Of a stretch of 64,000 bases of DNA, positions 9,031 through 18,010 are shown one piece after another. Every line of letters starts with the position of its first letter. Within the stretch, counting starts at the first letter, position 1. Origin of the DNA: an uncultured Chloroflexia bacterium (lineage in GTDB: Bacteria; Chloroflexota; Limnocylindria; Limnocylindrales; CSP1-4); contig CAVYBU010000007.1 of assembly GCA_963766735.1 (NCBI GenBank), positions 288,001-352,000 on the forward strand, read 5' to 3'. Both the position numbers and the translations under genes were made by a program. The notes under the pieces were generated by a model, which saw only the letters and a program-made list of their open reading frames with translations, was not told the DNA's origin and searched no databases.

Positions 9031-9945
9031 ATGCGCCCGACACTGCGGTTCCAGGTCCTCTGTCTTCCCAACGTCCCCTGGAGAGTGCTGAAGGAGCGGT
9101 TCGTCCGGCTCGAGCAGCTCGGCATCGAGGTGGCGGCGCTGCCGGACCATTTCGTCGACTGGACGAATCCGCCGAGCCCCTGGTTCGAGTCCTGGACGGC
9201 GCTCACAGGCCTGGCTGCCGCCACGACAAGCATCCGGCTGTCCAGCTGTGTGACGCAGATCCCGTTCCGGAACCCGGCGATGTTCGCCCGCCAGGCGATG
9301 ACGCTCGACCACATCTCGCAGGGCAGGCTCGAGATCGGCCTTGGGACCGGCCTCGCGGGCGACCCGTCCTACGCCATGATCGGCGTCCCGGACTGGGAGC
9401 CCAAGGAACGCGTCGGGCGGCTCGTGGAATACGTCGAGATCGTGGATCGACTGCTGCGCGATGAGGTCACGTCGTTCGGCGGCGACTTCTACAGGGTGAA
9501 CGGGGCGATCATGAGCCCGCGACCCGTCCAGTCGCCGCGGCCCCCGATCTCGGTTGCGGCCTTGGGGCCCGTGATGATGCGGCATGCCGCGCGGCTTGCG
9601 GACACCTGGAACAGCCTGTCGTTCCTCGAATCGTTCGACGCCCAGTTGGAAGAGACGCAGCGTCGCTCCGAGTCGATGAACGAGTACTGCGATGCGCTCG
9701 GGCGCGAGCCCGCGACGCTTCGGCGTTCCTACACGATGTACGACGCCAAGGCCCGCCCACGGGGGGGCTGGTACGAGTACTACGACTCGGTGGATCGCTT
9801 CGAGGAGATGGCGGGTCGGATCATCGACCTCGGGATGGACGAGATCGTGCTCTACTACCCGCCGGACGAGCGGCAGCTGCCGATATTCGAGCGGATCGCC
9901 GCGGACGTGCTGCCCCGACTCCGGGGGCGCCGGGCTGGCGCCTGA
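9031..9945 (+). CDS. LLM-class flavin-dependent oxidoreductase
   Basis: 'PDHF', 'FRNPAMFARQAMTLDHISQGRLEIGLG', 'AARLADTWN'. Confidence 0.9.
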   Translation: MRPTLRFQVLCLPNVPWRVLKERFVRLEQLGIEVAALPDHFVDWTNPPSPWFESWTALTGLAAATTSIRLSSCVTQIPFRNPAMFARQAMTLDHISQGRLEIGLGTGLAGDPSYAMIGVPDWEPKERVGRLVEYVEIVDRLLRDEVTSFGGDFYRVNGAIMSPRPVQSPRPPISVAALGPVMMRHAARLADTWNSLSFLESFDAQLEETQRRSESMNEYCDALGREPATLRRSYTMYDAKARPRGGWYEYYDSVDRFEEMAGRIIDLGMDEIVLYYPPDERQLPIFERIAADVLPRLRGRRAGA

Positions 9946-9992
9946 CGGATCGGCTCCGGCCACCGAAGACCCGTCCACCGGCTGGGCGCGCC

Positions 9993-10330
9993 TTGGACAT
10001 CGACCGGCTGGACGAGCTCGCTTCGAAGTCGACCGGTTGGCAGAAGGCGAACCGATTGCGGGTCGCCGCCCTGGCCCGCGCCGCCGCCGGAAACCTGGAA
10101 GCGGCGGAGACGCAGGCTCGAGCGGCAGTGGATGGGATCGCGAGCACGGATCTGGTCTTGTTCCATGCGGATGCCCAGCTGACCCCGGGCGACGTGCTGC
10201 GCTCTGCCGGTCGTCCTGCCGAGGAGGGTGAGGCCTTCCGGGAGGCACTCGATCCCTAACGGCAGAAGGGCAGCCTCGTGGGGGTCCAGACGGTGGAGGC
10301 CCGGCTGGCCGGCTGGCCGGACTCACGGCA
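9993..10330 (+). pseudogene. Fragment resembling the C-terminal TPR tail of AAA/TPR (cyclase-type) regulators, with in-frame stop
   Basis: 'ALARAAAGNLEAAETQARAAV...TDLVLFHADA...EALDP*RQKGSLVGVQTVEARL'; no N-terminal domains present. Confidence 0.45.
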
Positions 10331-10473
10331 GGGCCTGTCGTCGAGGTGACAGTTGGATGGTCACAATGTGTCTTTACCCCGGACGCGACAAGGCCCATTC
10401 TGTGCAGCACAAGCGGCGAAGCGCTTGATCCCGAACCAGAAGGGTCGGGACGGCCAGACCAGAGGAGCGTCCC

Positions 10474-11190
10474 ATGACGACCGAGATGATCCCTGAGGGC
10501 GGCGAGTCCATCGCCCGCCACGCCGACGAGAACGACGTCGAGGGCCACAGGCTGGCCAAGACCGGCGCGATCCCGGACGAGAACGACGTCGAGGGCCACA
10601 GGCTGGCCAAGACCGGCGCGATCCCGGACGAGAACGACGTCGAGGGCCACAGGCTGGCCAAGACCGGCGCGATCCCGGACGAGGACGACGTCGAGGGCCA
10701 CAGGCTGGCCAAGACCGGCGCGATCCCGGACGAGGACGACGTCGAGGGCCACAGGCTGGCCAAGAGCGGCGCGACCCCGGACGAGGACGACGTCGAGGGC
10801 CACAGGCTGGCCAAGACCGGCGCGACCCCGGACGAGGACGACGTCGAGGGCCACAGGCTGGCCAAGAGCGGCGCGACCCCGGACGAGGACGACGTCGAGG
10901 GCCACAGGCTGGCCAAGAGCGGCGCGACCCCGGACGAGGACGACGTCGAGGGCCACAGGCTGGCCAAGACCGGCGCGACCCCGGACGAGGACGACGTCGA
11001 GGGCCACAGGCTGGCCAAGAGCGGCGCGACCCCGGACGAGGACGACGTCGAGGGCCACAGCATCGGCTACGGGAGCCCGAGGTTGGCCGGCGATGTCTAC
11101 AAGGTGCGCGAGCGGGAGATCCAGCGAGGAATGGCCCGCGGCTCGATCCTCCGCGACGCCAAGATGGTGATCAAGCGCAGGAAGCCCTGA
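10474..11190 (+). CDS. Tandem-repeat protein with 11 DE[ND]DVEGH motifs (candidate multi-core precursor or protease substrate)
   Basis: AGAGGAG RBS; 17-aa leader, 10 full 17-aa repeats, one 8-aa partial repeat, 43-aa basic tail. Confidence 0.85.
   Translation: MTTEMIPEGGESIARHADENDVEGHRLAKTGAIPDENDVEGHRLAKTGAIPDENDVEGHRLAKTGAIPDEDDVEGHRLAKTGAIPDEDDVEGHRLAKSGATPDEDDVEGHRLAKTGATPDEDDVEGHRLAKSGATPDEDDVEGHRLAKSGATPDEDDVEGHRLAKTGATPDEDDVEGHRLAKSGATPDEDDVEGHSIGYGSPRLAGDVYKVREREIQRGMARGSILRDAKMVIKRRKP
10525..11058 (+). repeat. 51-bp tandem repeat, about 10.5 copies
   Basis: Unit GACGAG[A/G]ACGACGTCGAGGGCCACAGGCTGGCCAAGA[C/G]CGGCGCGA[T/C]CCCG. Confidence 0.95.
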
Positions 11191-11211
11191 CGTTCGTCCA
11201 TGGGTTCCTCC

Positions 11212-11247
11212 GAACACGGGCGGAGTCGCAAGACCCCGCCCGTGTTC
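11212..11247 (+). terminator. Strong stem-loop after the repeat gene
   Basis: GAACACGGGCGG...CCGCCCGTGTTC 12-bp stem; no long U tract. Confidence 0.65.
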
Positions 11248-11374
11248 TGCGTCTGCCGCCTGGACGGCAACGGCCCGGGTGCATCGCCGGCCCATACAAG
11301 CGTTGCGCAGCGGTCTGCGCGCCGCTAGCATTCGGCGCGGTATCCGGCGCCACGGACTGAGGAAGGGACCGAAC

Positions 11375-12079
11375 GTGACAGCGACCGCGCGGACCACCGC
11401 CGTCGATGCGCTGCGGCGCTGCGCCCTCTTCTCACGGGTAGACGATCAAACGCTGGCCGTCTGCATCAACTCGCTCCGGACACGCCAGTATCGGCGCAAC
11501 GAGACGATCTTCCACCAGGGAGACGCGGGAGACTCCCTTTACATCATCGAGGTGGGTACCGTGAAGATCGTGCTGCCCTCGCCGGAAGGTGAAGGCGAAG
11601 CCATCATCGCGACGTTGGGCCCGGGTGACTTCTTCGGCGAGCTGGCGTTGCTCGACGGCGCCGAACGCTCGGCCACTGCGATCGCCCATCAGGCGACGAC
11701 AGCCCTCGTCCTCCGGCGGGACGCATTCGGCCAGCTGATCGACACCGTTCCCGCGCTGCGCCACGACCTCCTGGCAGGGTTGGCCGCTGAGCTGCGCCGG
11801 CTGACCCACCACGTTGGGGAGCTCTACTTCCTCGACCTGCCCGGCAGGCTGGCGCTCCTGATCGTGCGCCTCGCCCGCGACGTGGATCCCAAGCCGACCG
11901 GACCCGTGACGCTCAACTGGAGCTTCTCCCAGTCGGAGCTCGCGGGGATGATTGGCGGGACGCGACAGACAGTGAACCGGCTCCTCGGCGAATTCACGGC
12001 CGAGGGCATGATCAAGATCGAGAACGACACGCTCATCGTGCCCGACGTGGACCGCCTCGAGCGGGCGGCCGCACGCTGA
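11375..12079 (+). CDS. Crp/Fnr-family transcriptional regulator
   Basis: cNMP-binding 'IFHQGD...GDFFGELALLDGAERSATA' and HTH 'SQSELAGMIGGTRQTVNR'. Confidence 0.93.
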   Translation: MTATARTTAVDALRRCALFSRVDDQTLAVCINSLRTRQYRRNETIFHQGDAGDSLYIIEVGTVKIVLPSPEGEGEAIIATLGPGDFFGELALLDGAERSATAIAHQATTALVLRRDAFGQLIDTVPALRHDLLAGLAAELRRLTHHVGELYFLDLPGRLALLIVRLARDVDPKPTGPVTLNWSFSQSELAGMIGGTRQTVNRLLGEFTAEGMIKIENDTLIVPDVDRLERAAAR

Positions 12080-12098
12080 GCGGCCGCGGCCAGATCCG

Positions 12099-12926
12099 AT
12101 GACCGAGCCAGAAGCCGGCCCGCGGCGTCGCTCACCGGCGTTCGATCGGGATGCGCGTGCGGCCCTCGAGGCGATCGGCCGCCGCGCCGAGATCGCGCGC
12201 CGGCTCGAGCTGGGGAGCGCCGATGCCGTCCTTCGATCCGTGGTGGAGGCGGCGGTAGCGATGTTCGAAGCGGAGGCGGCATCCATCGCGCTCTACGAGC
12301 CGGCCCGCAACCTGCTCGTCTTCCGGGTCGCGGCGGGGGTGCAGGGCCAGGGCGTCGTTGGACTCGAGATCACGCCTGACCAGGGTCTCGTGGGGTACGT
12401 CTTCTCGAGCGGGCAGGCGCTCGCGATCGCGGACGTTCGAGCGGATCCCCGCTTCGGCCGGAGCTTCGCCGAACGGACGGAGTACGTACCGCGCAGCATC
12501 GTGGCGGTGCCGCTGCTGGACGAGCGCGGCACGCTCGGCGTGCTCGAGGTGCTCGACAAGCGGAGCGAGGCGAGCTTCTCCCTCCGGGATGTCGAGCTGG
12601 CGGGCGTCTTCGCGCGGCAGGCGACGGTCGCCATCCGGTCCAGCCGCGTCGAACGCGAGACGGCGATGCTGCTGCGATCCGTGATCGGTGCGCTCGCCGG
12701 CGGCGAGGCACCCACGGACGGCGTTGAGGCGCTCGTTGCCGCCGCGCTCGCCGACATTGATGACCCGGACGACCCGCTGTGGCCGCTCGTCGAGCAGGTC
12801 GCAGCGCTCCGCGGGTCCGGTCCAGAGCAGCGAGAGCTGCTCGGCGCCTTGCTCAACGTCCTCGTTCGCCAGACCGAACGTGGCCACGGGCGACGCGGTG
12901 GACGCCTTCGCGCGCCCGGCAGATGA
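12099..12926 (+). CDS. Stand-alone GAF domain protein
   Basis: 'GLVGYVFSSGQ...DVRADPRF...SIVAVPL...GVLEVLDK...FSLRDVEL'. Confidence 0.88.
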   Translation: MTEPEAGPRRRSPAFDRDARAALEAIGRRAEIARRLELGSADAVLRSVVEAAVAMFEAEAASIALYEPARNLLVFRVAAGVQGQGVVGLEITPDQGLVGYVFSSGQALAIADVRADPRFGRSFAERTEYVPRSIVAVPLLDERGTLGVLEVLDKRSEASFSLRDVELAGVFARQATVAIRSSRVERETAMLLRSVIGALAGGEAPTDGVEALVAAALADIDDPDDPLWPLVEQVAALRGSGPEQRELLGALLNVLVRQTERGHGRRGGRLRAPGR

Positions 12927-13750
12927 GCGATCAGCTCCTCCCCGCCTGGAGCGAACCGTTCGTCGGCGCTGGGCGGGACACGTTGCGCCGGCTCCCGCCC
13001 CTTGGGATCCTGGACCGCAACTGGGCGATCGGCGGCAGCGACGGGAGCGGTGTCACGGTCGCGATCATCGACTCCGGCGTAGAGCGGGATCATCCCGCCG
13101 TCGGTGGGAAGCTGGTCCGTAGCGTCAGGGTGGAGCTGGCCGCAGACCCGGACGACGACCCGGTCGTGCTTGAGGACGAGGAAGCACTGGACGTGGTGGG
13201 CCACGGGACTGCGTGCGCCGGGATCATCCACGCCATTGCGCCCGGCGCCGACCTCGTGTCGGTCCGTGTCCTTGGGCCGGACAACCGCGGCAAGGGGATC
13301 GTCTTTGCGGCCGGCGTCGACTGGGCAATTGACCAGGGTGTCGGGGTGATGAACCTGTCGCTCTCCTCCAAGAGCGAGGCGCTCTTCGGTACCTTCCACG
13401 ACCTGGCGGATCGGGCCTACTTTGCGAATGCGCTCCTGGTCTGCGCGGCCAACAACGTCCCCGGCAACAGCTACCCGTCGCTCTTCGCCTCGGTCGTCTC
13501 TGTCGCCGCCCACGACCTCCCCGAACCCGCAGCGTGGTTCTACAACCCGCGCCCGCCGGTGGAGTTCGGGGCGTTCGGCCTGGACGTGGACGTCGCGTGG
13601 CGCGACGGGAGCCGGATCACGGCAACCGGCAACAGCTTCGCGGCACCCCACATCGCGGGGTACGCGACCCTCATCCGGGCGAAGCACCCGGACGTGACCC
13701 CGTTCGAGGTGAAGGCCATCCTCGCCGCGATCGCCACGGAGACCCGGTAG
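12923..13750 (+). CDS. S8 (subtilisin-like) serine peptidase, no signal peptide or obvious prodomain
   Basis: Triad motifs 'VAIIDSG', 'GHGTACAG', 'GNSFAAPH'; ATGA overlap with the GAF gene stop. Confidence 0.92.
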   Translation: MSDQLLPAWSEPFVGAGRDTLRRLPPLGILDRNWAIGGSDGSGVTVAIIDSGVERDHPAVGGKLVRSVRVELAADPDDDPVVLEDEEALDVVGHGTACAGIIHAIAPGADLVSVRVLGPDNRGKGIVFAAGVDWAIDQGVGVMNLSLSSKSEALFGTFHDLADRAYFANALLVCAANNVPGNSYPSLFASVVSVAAHDLPEPAAWFYNPRPPVEFGAFGLDVDVAWRDGSRITATGNSFAAPHIAGYATLIRAKHPDVTPFEVKAILAAIATETR

Positions 13751-13824
13751 GCGTCGCCCCTCACGGACCCCACGGCCGGTCGCCCGCCGGGGATGCTGCG
13801 GGCAACCGCCATCGGCGGGAGCGC

Positions 13825-14583
13825 CTACTGCGCCGTCCAGCCCCCGTCGACCGGCAGGATCGTGCCCGTCACCAGGCCCGACGCACGGGACGACAGAAAG
13901 ACCACCGCGGCCGCGACGTCGGCTGTCGTGCCGACCCGGCCGACGGGGATCCGGTCGAGGACCTCGGCCAGGAAGACCGGGTCGTCGAGCCGCTCGGCCG
14001 TGCCGGGCGTGTAGATGAAGGTGGGCGCGATCGCGTTGACCGTCACGCCGTGCGGCGCCCACTCGAGGGCGAGGACCTTGGTCAGGAGGTTCACGCCACC
14101 CTTGCTCGCGGAGTAGACCGCGTGGCGCCGGATGCCGACGAGCCCGGCCTGCGAGCTGAGGTTGACGACGCGTCCGTAGCCCCTCTCCACCATGTGGCGG
14201 CCGACGGCCTGACTGGTGAAGAACAGGCCCTTGAGGTTGACGTTCATCATCCCGTCCCAGTCGGCCTCGGTCACGTCGATCGCGTCGTGGTTCGCCCCCA
14301 GGCCCGCGTTGTTGACCAGGATGTCGATCCGGCCGTGCGTCGCGACCGCGGCGTCGACCGCCGCGCGAGTACCCCCGACATCGGTGACGTCGAGCCGGAT
14401 CGGCTCCACGCGACCCCCGTCCGGCGCGGCCCAGACGACATCGGTCGCGTCCGTGTCACGAATGCCGGCGAGGACGTGCGCGCCGCAGGCCGCCAGGGCC
14501 CGCGCGAGGTCACGGCCGATCCCCCGCCCCGCGCCGGTCACCAGGGCAACCTGCCCGGTCAGATCAAAGTCCGGTCGCTGCAT
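13825..14583 (-). CDS. Short-chain dehydrogenase/reductase (SDR)
   Basis: TGAGRGIG, NNAG and YSASK motifs. Confidence 0.92.
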   Translation of the reverse strand: MQRPDFDLTGQVALVTGAGRGIGRDLARALAACGAHVLAGIRDTDATDVVWAAPDGGRVEPIRLDVTDVGGTRAAVDAAVATHGRIDILVNNAGLGANHDAIDVTEADWDGMMNVNLKGLFFTSQAVGRHMVERGYGRVVNLSSQAGLVGIRRHAVYSASKGGVNLLTKVLALEWAPHGVTVNAIAPTFIYTPGTAERLDDPVFLAEVLDRIPVGRVGTTADVAAAVVFLSSRASGLVTGTILPVDGGWTAQ

Positions 14584-14650
14584 CGAGCGTTCCTCCGTCT
14601 CGCCCACGACATGGGTCGCACACACCAGATTGTGGGGCCTGGCGGCTCCC

Positions 14651-15478
14651 TCAGCCAACGCCGCGCGCGTCCAGCACCCGGCCCCAGTGGAACAGCCGAA
14701 CCGCGACCAGGACCCCGAATGCCGCCATCACCAGCATCGCCGCCGCGGCAATCGACGCGTCCAGGGCGCCGCCCTGGAACTCACCGTAGACAACCAGGGG
14801 GAGCGTCTGGGTCCGGCCCATCACGTTGCCGGCAAACATGATCGTGGCGCCGAACTCCCCCAGCGCCCGGGCCCAGCACATCGTCAGCCCCCCGGCCAGG
14901 GCGGCGCCGGCCAGCGGCGTTGTGATCGTGCGGAACAGCTGGCGCTCCGACGCACCGTCAACCCTGGCCGCATCCTCCAGGTCCCGATCCACGCCCGCGA
15001 GCCCTGTCCGGGCGGACCGGATGAAGAACGGCGCCGACACGAATGTCTGGGCGAGGACCACGGCGACCATCGTGAACGACACGGAGATGCCGAGCTCGTG
15101 GAGCGGGGCCCCAAGCAGCCCCAGCCGTCCGAAGACCAGCAGCAGCGCCAGGCCGGCGACCGATGGCGGCAGCACGATCGGCAGGTCCACGATCGCCTCC
15201 ACGAGCCCTTTGCCCCGGAACCGCCATCGGGCCAGCACGAAGGCGAGCGGCAATCCCATGACCACGGTGATGGTCAGGCTGATCGCGGTCGTCACGAGGC
15301 TCAGGACGAGCGCGTCCAGGACCACCGGCGACCCGAGAGCGTGGACGAGCGATCCGTCGAGGATCGCCCGTGCCACGAGGGTGACGACGGGCAGACCCAG
15401 GAACAGCGCGAACAGAGCCGCGAGAGCCGCGAGCGTGCGCGTGCCCCAGCCTCCCCGGACCTGCGTCATGTGGGTCAT
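14651..15478 (-). CDS. modB: Molybdate ABC transporter permease
   Basis: 'DLPIVLPPSVAG', 'ARALGEFGATIMFAGN'. Confidence 0.9.
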   Translation of the reverse strand: MTHMTQVRGGWGTRTLAALAALFALFLGLPVVTLVARAILDGSLVHALGSPVVLDALVLSLVTTAISLTITVVMGLPLAFVLARWRFRGKGLVEAIVDLPIVLPPSVAGLALLLVFGRLGLLGAPLHELGISVSFTMVAVVLAQTFVSAPFFIRSARTGLAGVDRDLEDAARVDGASERQLFRTITTPLAGAALAGGLTMCWARALGEFGATIMFAGNVMGRTQTLPLVVYGEFQGGALDASIAAAAMLVMAAFGVLVAVRLFHWGRVLDARGVG

Positions 15479-16284
15479 GGGACGCGCAGGAACCCGGATT
15501 CCGCGAGGATCGCCTGGCCCTCCGGCCCGGCGAGCCAGTCAAGGAACGCCGTGGCGGCCGCGGTATGCCGGGATGAGCTGACCACGACACCAGCGTATGT
15601 CGCCCTGACGTTGGCCGACTCGGGCAGGTCGATCGTGGACACCGCCTTCGACGCGCGGGCGTCAGTGACGTACGCGATGCCGGCATCTCCCTCGCCCAGC
15701 TCGATCTTCGCGACGATCGACCTGGCGTTGTCCTCCTTGGACACGATGTTGGCGGCGTAGGCGGACGCGAAGTCCGCGGGGTAGCCCGCCTCCCGCGAGA
15801 GGTTGTCCACGAGCCGGGTCGCGTACGTCGTGATCGGCACCCCATCACCCGCGGCGATGACCTTCACGCCCGCCATGGCGAGGTCCGCCGGCGTCCGGAT
15901 CCCGGCGGGGTTGTCTTCGGGCACGATGACCGTGAGCCCATTGCCGGCGAACGGGATCGGGATCCCGGAGGCGAAGCCGGCGTCGACGAGCTTCTGCGGG
16001 TTCCTGGTGTCCGCGGACAGGAAGACGTCCGCGGGGGCTCCCTGCTCGATCTGGGTCTCGAGCGTGGTCGAGGAGTCCGTCGCGATCGTCAGCGTGGTGC
16101 CCGGCTTCGCCGCCTCGTATGCCGTGCGGACCTGCTCCAGAACGCCCTTCAGCGATGCGGCGCCGTAGATGGTCAGGCTGGCCTCTGTCGGGCCGAGGCT
16201 CCCATCCGGAGCAGCGGCACCCCCGGAGCAGGCTGCGATGACGAGAGCGAGGGCGGCGGCCCCAACTCCGAGACCGGACTTCAC
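15475..16284 (-). CDS. modA: Molybdate ABC transporter substrate-binding lipoprotein
   Basis: Lipobox IAAC; 'AASLK', 'QIEQGAPADVFLSAD', 'GEGDAGIAYVTD'. Confidence 0.9.
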   Translation of the reverse strand: MKSGLGVGAAALALVIAACSGGAAAPDGSLGPTEASLTIYGAASLKGVLEQVRTAYEAAKPGTTLTIATDSSTTLETQIEQGAPADVFLSADTRNPQKLVDAGFASGIPIPFAGNGLTVIVPEDNPAGIRTPADLAMAGVKVIAAGDGVPITTYATRLVDNLSREAGYPADFASAYAANIVSKEDNARSIVAKIELGEGDAGIAYVTDARASKAVSTIDLPESANVRATYAGVVVSSSRHTAAATAFLDWLAGPEGQAILAESGFLRVP

Positions 16285-16724
16285 GCGCGCGGTTCCCTCG
16301 AAGACGGGATCTCGACGATGACGTTGGTCGACTTGACGACACACACTGCCTCATCGCCAACCTTGAGACCCAGCTCCGCGACGGCCTCGGCGGTCATGAG
16401 GCTGACGAGGCGATGCGGACCGGCGATGACCTCCACGACGGCCGCCACGCGGTCGACCTCCACGCGGGTCACGATGCCTGCGAACCTGTTGCGAGCCGAT
16501 TGGGCAACGATCGGGCGGTCGGTGGCCACCCTCCGGCGCTCGTCCAGGAGCCTCGAGATCTCCTCAATTGCGACCAGGCGCTGTCCACCCTCGGAACGCT
16601 CCATCGCGAGCCGGCCTTCGGCCTCCCAGCGGCGCAGCGTCTCGACGGAGACGCCCAGCATCTCCGCCGCCTGGCCGACGCGGACCTGGGTGCCATGGGC
16701 CTCGACAATCTTGCTCATACCCAT
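16281..16724 (-). CDS. MerR-type HTH plus TOBE molybdate-binding regulator
   Basis: 'AAEMLGVSVETLRRW' HTH; 'SARNRFAG...ELGLKVGD...VKST' TOBE. Confidence 0.85.
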   Translation of the reverse strand: MGMSKIVEAHGTQVRVGQAAEMLGVSVETLRRWEAEGRLAMERSEGGQRLVAIEEISRLLDERRRVATDRPIVAQSARNRFAGIVTRVEVDRVAAVVEVIAGPHRLVSLMTAEAVAELGLKVGDEAVCVVKSTNVIVEIPSSREPRA

Positions 16725-16732
16725 GAAGTATC

Positions 16733-16764
16733 GCCAATATGGGCGTACATGTCGAAGTATTGGC
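16733..16764. promoter_or_regulatory. Inverted repeat GCCAATA-N18-TATTGGC upstream of the mod operon (putative operator)
   Basis: AT-rich inverted repeat immediately upstream of the regulator start. Confidence 0.4.
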
Positions 16765-16877
16765 CCAAGACGTGAGGTTACGTGAACCTCGCGCGGGGTT
16801 GTCCAACTGGTGATTGCGGCGCGAGTGCCCCTCGGCGTGGTCAGCGTGTCGAAGCCGACCCGGCTACGCTGCGGGAC

Positions 16878-17277
16878 ATGGATGGGCCGATCGACGACAC
16901 CGCGTTCGAGGACTGGGTCTTCGAGGCGATCGACGCCCTTCCCGCTGCCTTCCAGGAGCGCCTCGGCAGCGTCGCCATCGTCATCGAGGAGTGGCCCACC
17001 GCAGGCGCAGCTGGCCTCGGTGGGTGCCGGTGGCCTGTACGGCCTGTACCAGGGCGTGCCGCGCTCCCTGCCCGGCGCAGACCATGCGGCGAGCCCGTCC
17101 AAGATCACGATCTTCCGCGGCCAGCTCGAGCGCCACTACCGCACGCCCCAGGCGCTTCGGGCCAAGGTGATCGACACCGTCCACCACGAGATCGCCCATC
17201 ACTTCGGCATCTCCGACGCCAGGCTGCACGAACTCGCGGCCGAGCACGATGACGGGGCCGGCCGACACGCGCGCTAG
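16878..17277 (+). CDS. Zincin-like metallopeptidase family protein (frameshift near 17000, likely sequencing error)
   Basis: N-half 'FEDWVFEAIDALP...IEEWP' and C-half 'GLYQGVP...HEIAHHFGISD' lie in different frames. Confidence 0.8.
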
Positions 17278-17304
17278 CTCCCCGCCCGCTGCCATACTCA
17301 CGCC

Positions 17305-18000
17305 GTGGACGCGCACATCCTGCTGGTCGAGGACGACCCGTCGATCCGCGAGGTCACGGCCCTCGCCCTCCGAGCGGCCGGCTTCACGGTGAGCGTCGCA
17401 GCGGACGGCCTGGAGGGGCTGGAGCGCTGGCGCTCGGGGCAGCCGGACCTCGTGCTCCTGGACGTGATGCTGCCGAGGATGGACGGCCTCGAGGTCTGCC
17501 GAGCCATTCGCCGCGAGGCCACCACGCCCATCGTCATGCTCACCGCGCGCGCCGACACGATCGACGTGGTCGTGGGCCTCGAGTCCGGCGCCGATGACTA
17601 CCTGCGCAAGCCATTCGAGACGCCGGAGCTGGTGGCCCGCGTGCGCGCTGCGCTCCGCCGCCACGGTCACGAGCCCGCGACCGGGACTCCCGCCGTCCTG
17701 TCCCTGGGCCCACTACGGATCGACCTCGCCGGTCGGACCGTGGAGCGCGATGGTGTCGAGGTCGCCCTGACGCGGACTGAGTTCGACCTGCTCGTGGTAC
17801 TCGCCAGCCACCCCGGGCAGGTGTTCACCCGCGACCTGCTCCTCGACCACGTCTGGGGGTACGACTACCTCGGCGATTCGCGCCTGGTGGACGTGGCCGT
17901 GGGCAGGCTCCGCGCCAAGATCGAGACGGACCCGGCGGTGCCGGCCCTGGTGCTCACCGTGCGGGGCGCCGGCTACAAGGCCGCGCGGCCGACGGGGTAG
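17305..18000 (+). CDS. OmpR-family response regulator (MtrA-like)
   Basis: Receiver 'LLVEDD...LLDVMLP...GADDY.RKPF' plus winged helix. Confidence 0.93.
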   Translation: MDAHILLVEDDPSIREVTALALRAAGFTVSVAADGLEGLERWRSGQPDLVLLDVMLPRMDGLEVCRAIRREATTPIVMLTARADTIDVVVGLESGADDYLRKPFETPELVARVRAALRRHGHEPATGTPAVLSLGPLRIDLAGRTVERDGVEVALTRTEFDLLVVLASHPGQVFTRDLLLDHVWGYDYLGDSRLVDVAVGRLRAKIETDPAVPALVLTVRGAGYKAARPTG

Positions 18001-18010
18001 GACGACACCG

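Noticed and set aside
10525-11058. CRISPR array
   Set aside because: Units are contiguous 51-bp in-frame coding repeats with no unique spacers, and there are no cas genes nearby
8797-11397. 866-aa and 229-aa minus-strand repeat ORFs
   Set aside because: Antisense shadows of the repeat gene and LLM gene; the + frame has the RBS, the downstream hairpin and the operon context
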